Source: a virus
Taxonomy: Duplodnaviria > Caudoviricetes
Reading direction: 5' to 3' (one strand)
Virus record (IMG/VR): IMGVR_UViG_3300017746_000010
Span: 1 to 62,711 of that record
DNA length: 62,711 bases
The notes beneath the pieces were generated by a model. The model was given only the letters and a program-made list of their open reading frames with translations. It did not search any database and had not been told where the DNA came from. Below are positions 61,730 through 62,711 of the stretch, in pieces; within the stretch, counting starts at the first letter, position 1, and each line of letters begins with the position of its first letter. A program made the translations under genes and the position numbers.

Positions 61730-62376
61730 TAGTGAACAATTATTTTAAAATTATTTTCTTTTTCTATTCTTTCTCCAATATCATTATTAAATAATGTTTT
61801 TGTAAACACTTGTAATGTGTCTCCTACCATTTCATTATCTAAATAAAACTGTTGACGTGGATTATAGTTATATTTACTATAAGTACCTAACATTGTAATG
61901 GCTGCTGGGTGAGTAAAATCAAAATACCTACTAATCTGATAACCAGCTATATTAAGTGGTGGTTGAATCTGTGCAAGATCTGTTAAAGTGTAAGTTTGAT
62001 TACCAACAGGAATTAAATTATTCCAATCTCCATTAGAAAACCAGCTTAATACTGAATATGTAGGTACTGTAAATTGAATAGTATCAAACGCTACCCAATA
62101 ATCAGAATCATATTGTGTTTCAATTAGTGGAACACCATTAATAACATAGTGATCTGCTAATTCAGACAATTCTCCTCTAATAGTAAAATATTTTGGCCCA
62201 TAAAATTCAATATGCCAATAACCATTTGCGTCTTCATATGCATTTGGTTGTACTTGCTCATCAATATAAAATTGGGCAATACAATCTCCATCCAAACAAG
62301 GGTATGGAGCGATTTCCTCCTTACTGCATGCAGCAAGAAGAAAACCTATTCCAAGTGTAAATAAAAATCTCTTCAT
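61729..62376 (-). CDS. Lipoprotein
   Basis: Signal peptide MKRFLFTLGIGFLLAA-C17 followed by SKEE. Confidence 0.8.
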   Translation of the reverse strand: MKRFLFTLGIGFLLAACSKEEIAPYPCLDGDCIAQFYIDEQVQPNAYEDANGYWHIEFYGPKYFTIRGELSELADHYVINGVPLIETQYDSDYWVAFDTIQFTVPTYSVLSWFSNGDWNNLIPVGNQTYTLTDLAQIQPPLNIAGYQISRYFDFTHPAAITMLGTYSKYNYNPRQQFYLDNEMVGDTLQVFTKTLFNNDIGERIEKENNFKIIVH

Positions 62377-62711
62377 TATGCATTAACATATTGAAGTGCA
62401 ACATCAAACATCTTACTATTCAAATCCATATCTTGTTTAAAGTTTTTAATTTGTCTAGCTTTTCTATGCTTAGTACCTATTGTATAATCAAAATCACCTT
62501 CAATAATTTTTTCTTGGATTACATTAAATACACTCCATAAATCATCACCTTTATCTTCAGGTCTAACTGGAGTAATAAATTCATCCATATCAATAGTAAT
62601 TCTCTTTAATTCCTCTTCTGGGAATCTAACTGCTAACATATTTTTAGCAAAATCTAAAATAGCTTTTTCTTCCATTTTAGTATCGATCATTTTATTCATC
62701 GATTCTACTGT
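62376..62711 (-). CDS. DUF932/DUF945-like protein (partial; frame open to the window end)
   Basis: RPEDKGDDLWSVFNVIQEKII...LN..MF; no stop between 62699 and 62711. Confidence 0.7.
   Translation of the reverse strand, partial: TVESMNKMIDTKMEEKAILDFAKNMLAVRFPEEELKRITIDMDEFITPVRPEDKGDDLWSVFNVIQEKIIEGDFDYTIGTKHRKARQIKNFKQDMDLNSKMFDVALQYVNA

Overview
A 62.7-kb, AT-rich, densely coding segment of a large contractile-tailed (myovirus-type) dsDNA phage. All credible genes are on the minus strand. The host is most likely a Bacteroidota (Flavobacteriia-like) bacterium, based on a Flavobacterium-type ribosomal protein bS21, Bacteroidota-type -33/-7 promoters, a lipoprotein with a Bacteroidota export signal and no obvious Shine-Dalgarno sites. 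In transcription order (right to left) the window holds: (1) accessory genes (DUF932, lipoprotein, T5orf172, bS21, thermonuclease, HD protein) and a gp55-like late sigma factor; (2) a baseplate/tail module (gp5-like, gp25, gp6-like, very large wedge proteins, tail-collar-like proteins); (3) fibre genes, including three collagen-like (Gly-X-Y) proteins, two of them with peptidase-S74 autochaperones; (4) a contiguous 11-gene hydroxylation/glycosylation/methylation cluster; (5) GIY-YIG, primase, exonuclease and a set of putative head-packaged enzymes. The top hypothesis is a phage-encoded collagen/virion post-translational modification pathway. Two promoter classes are visible, and several structured-RNA candidates were found by eye. 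No tRNA, rRNA, CRISPR array or integrase was seen. All product calls come from motif recognition without database searches.
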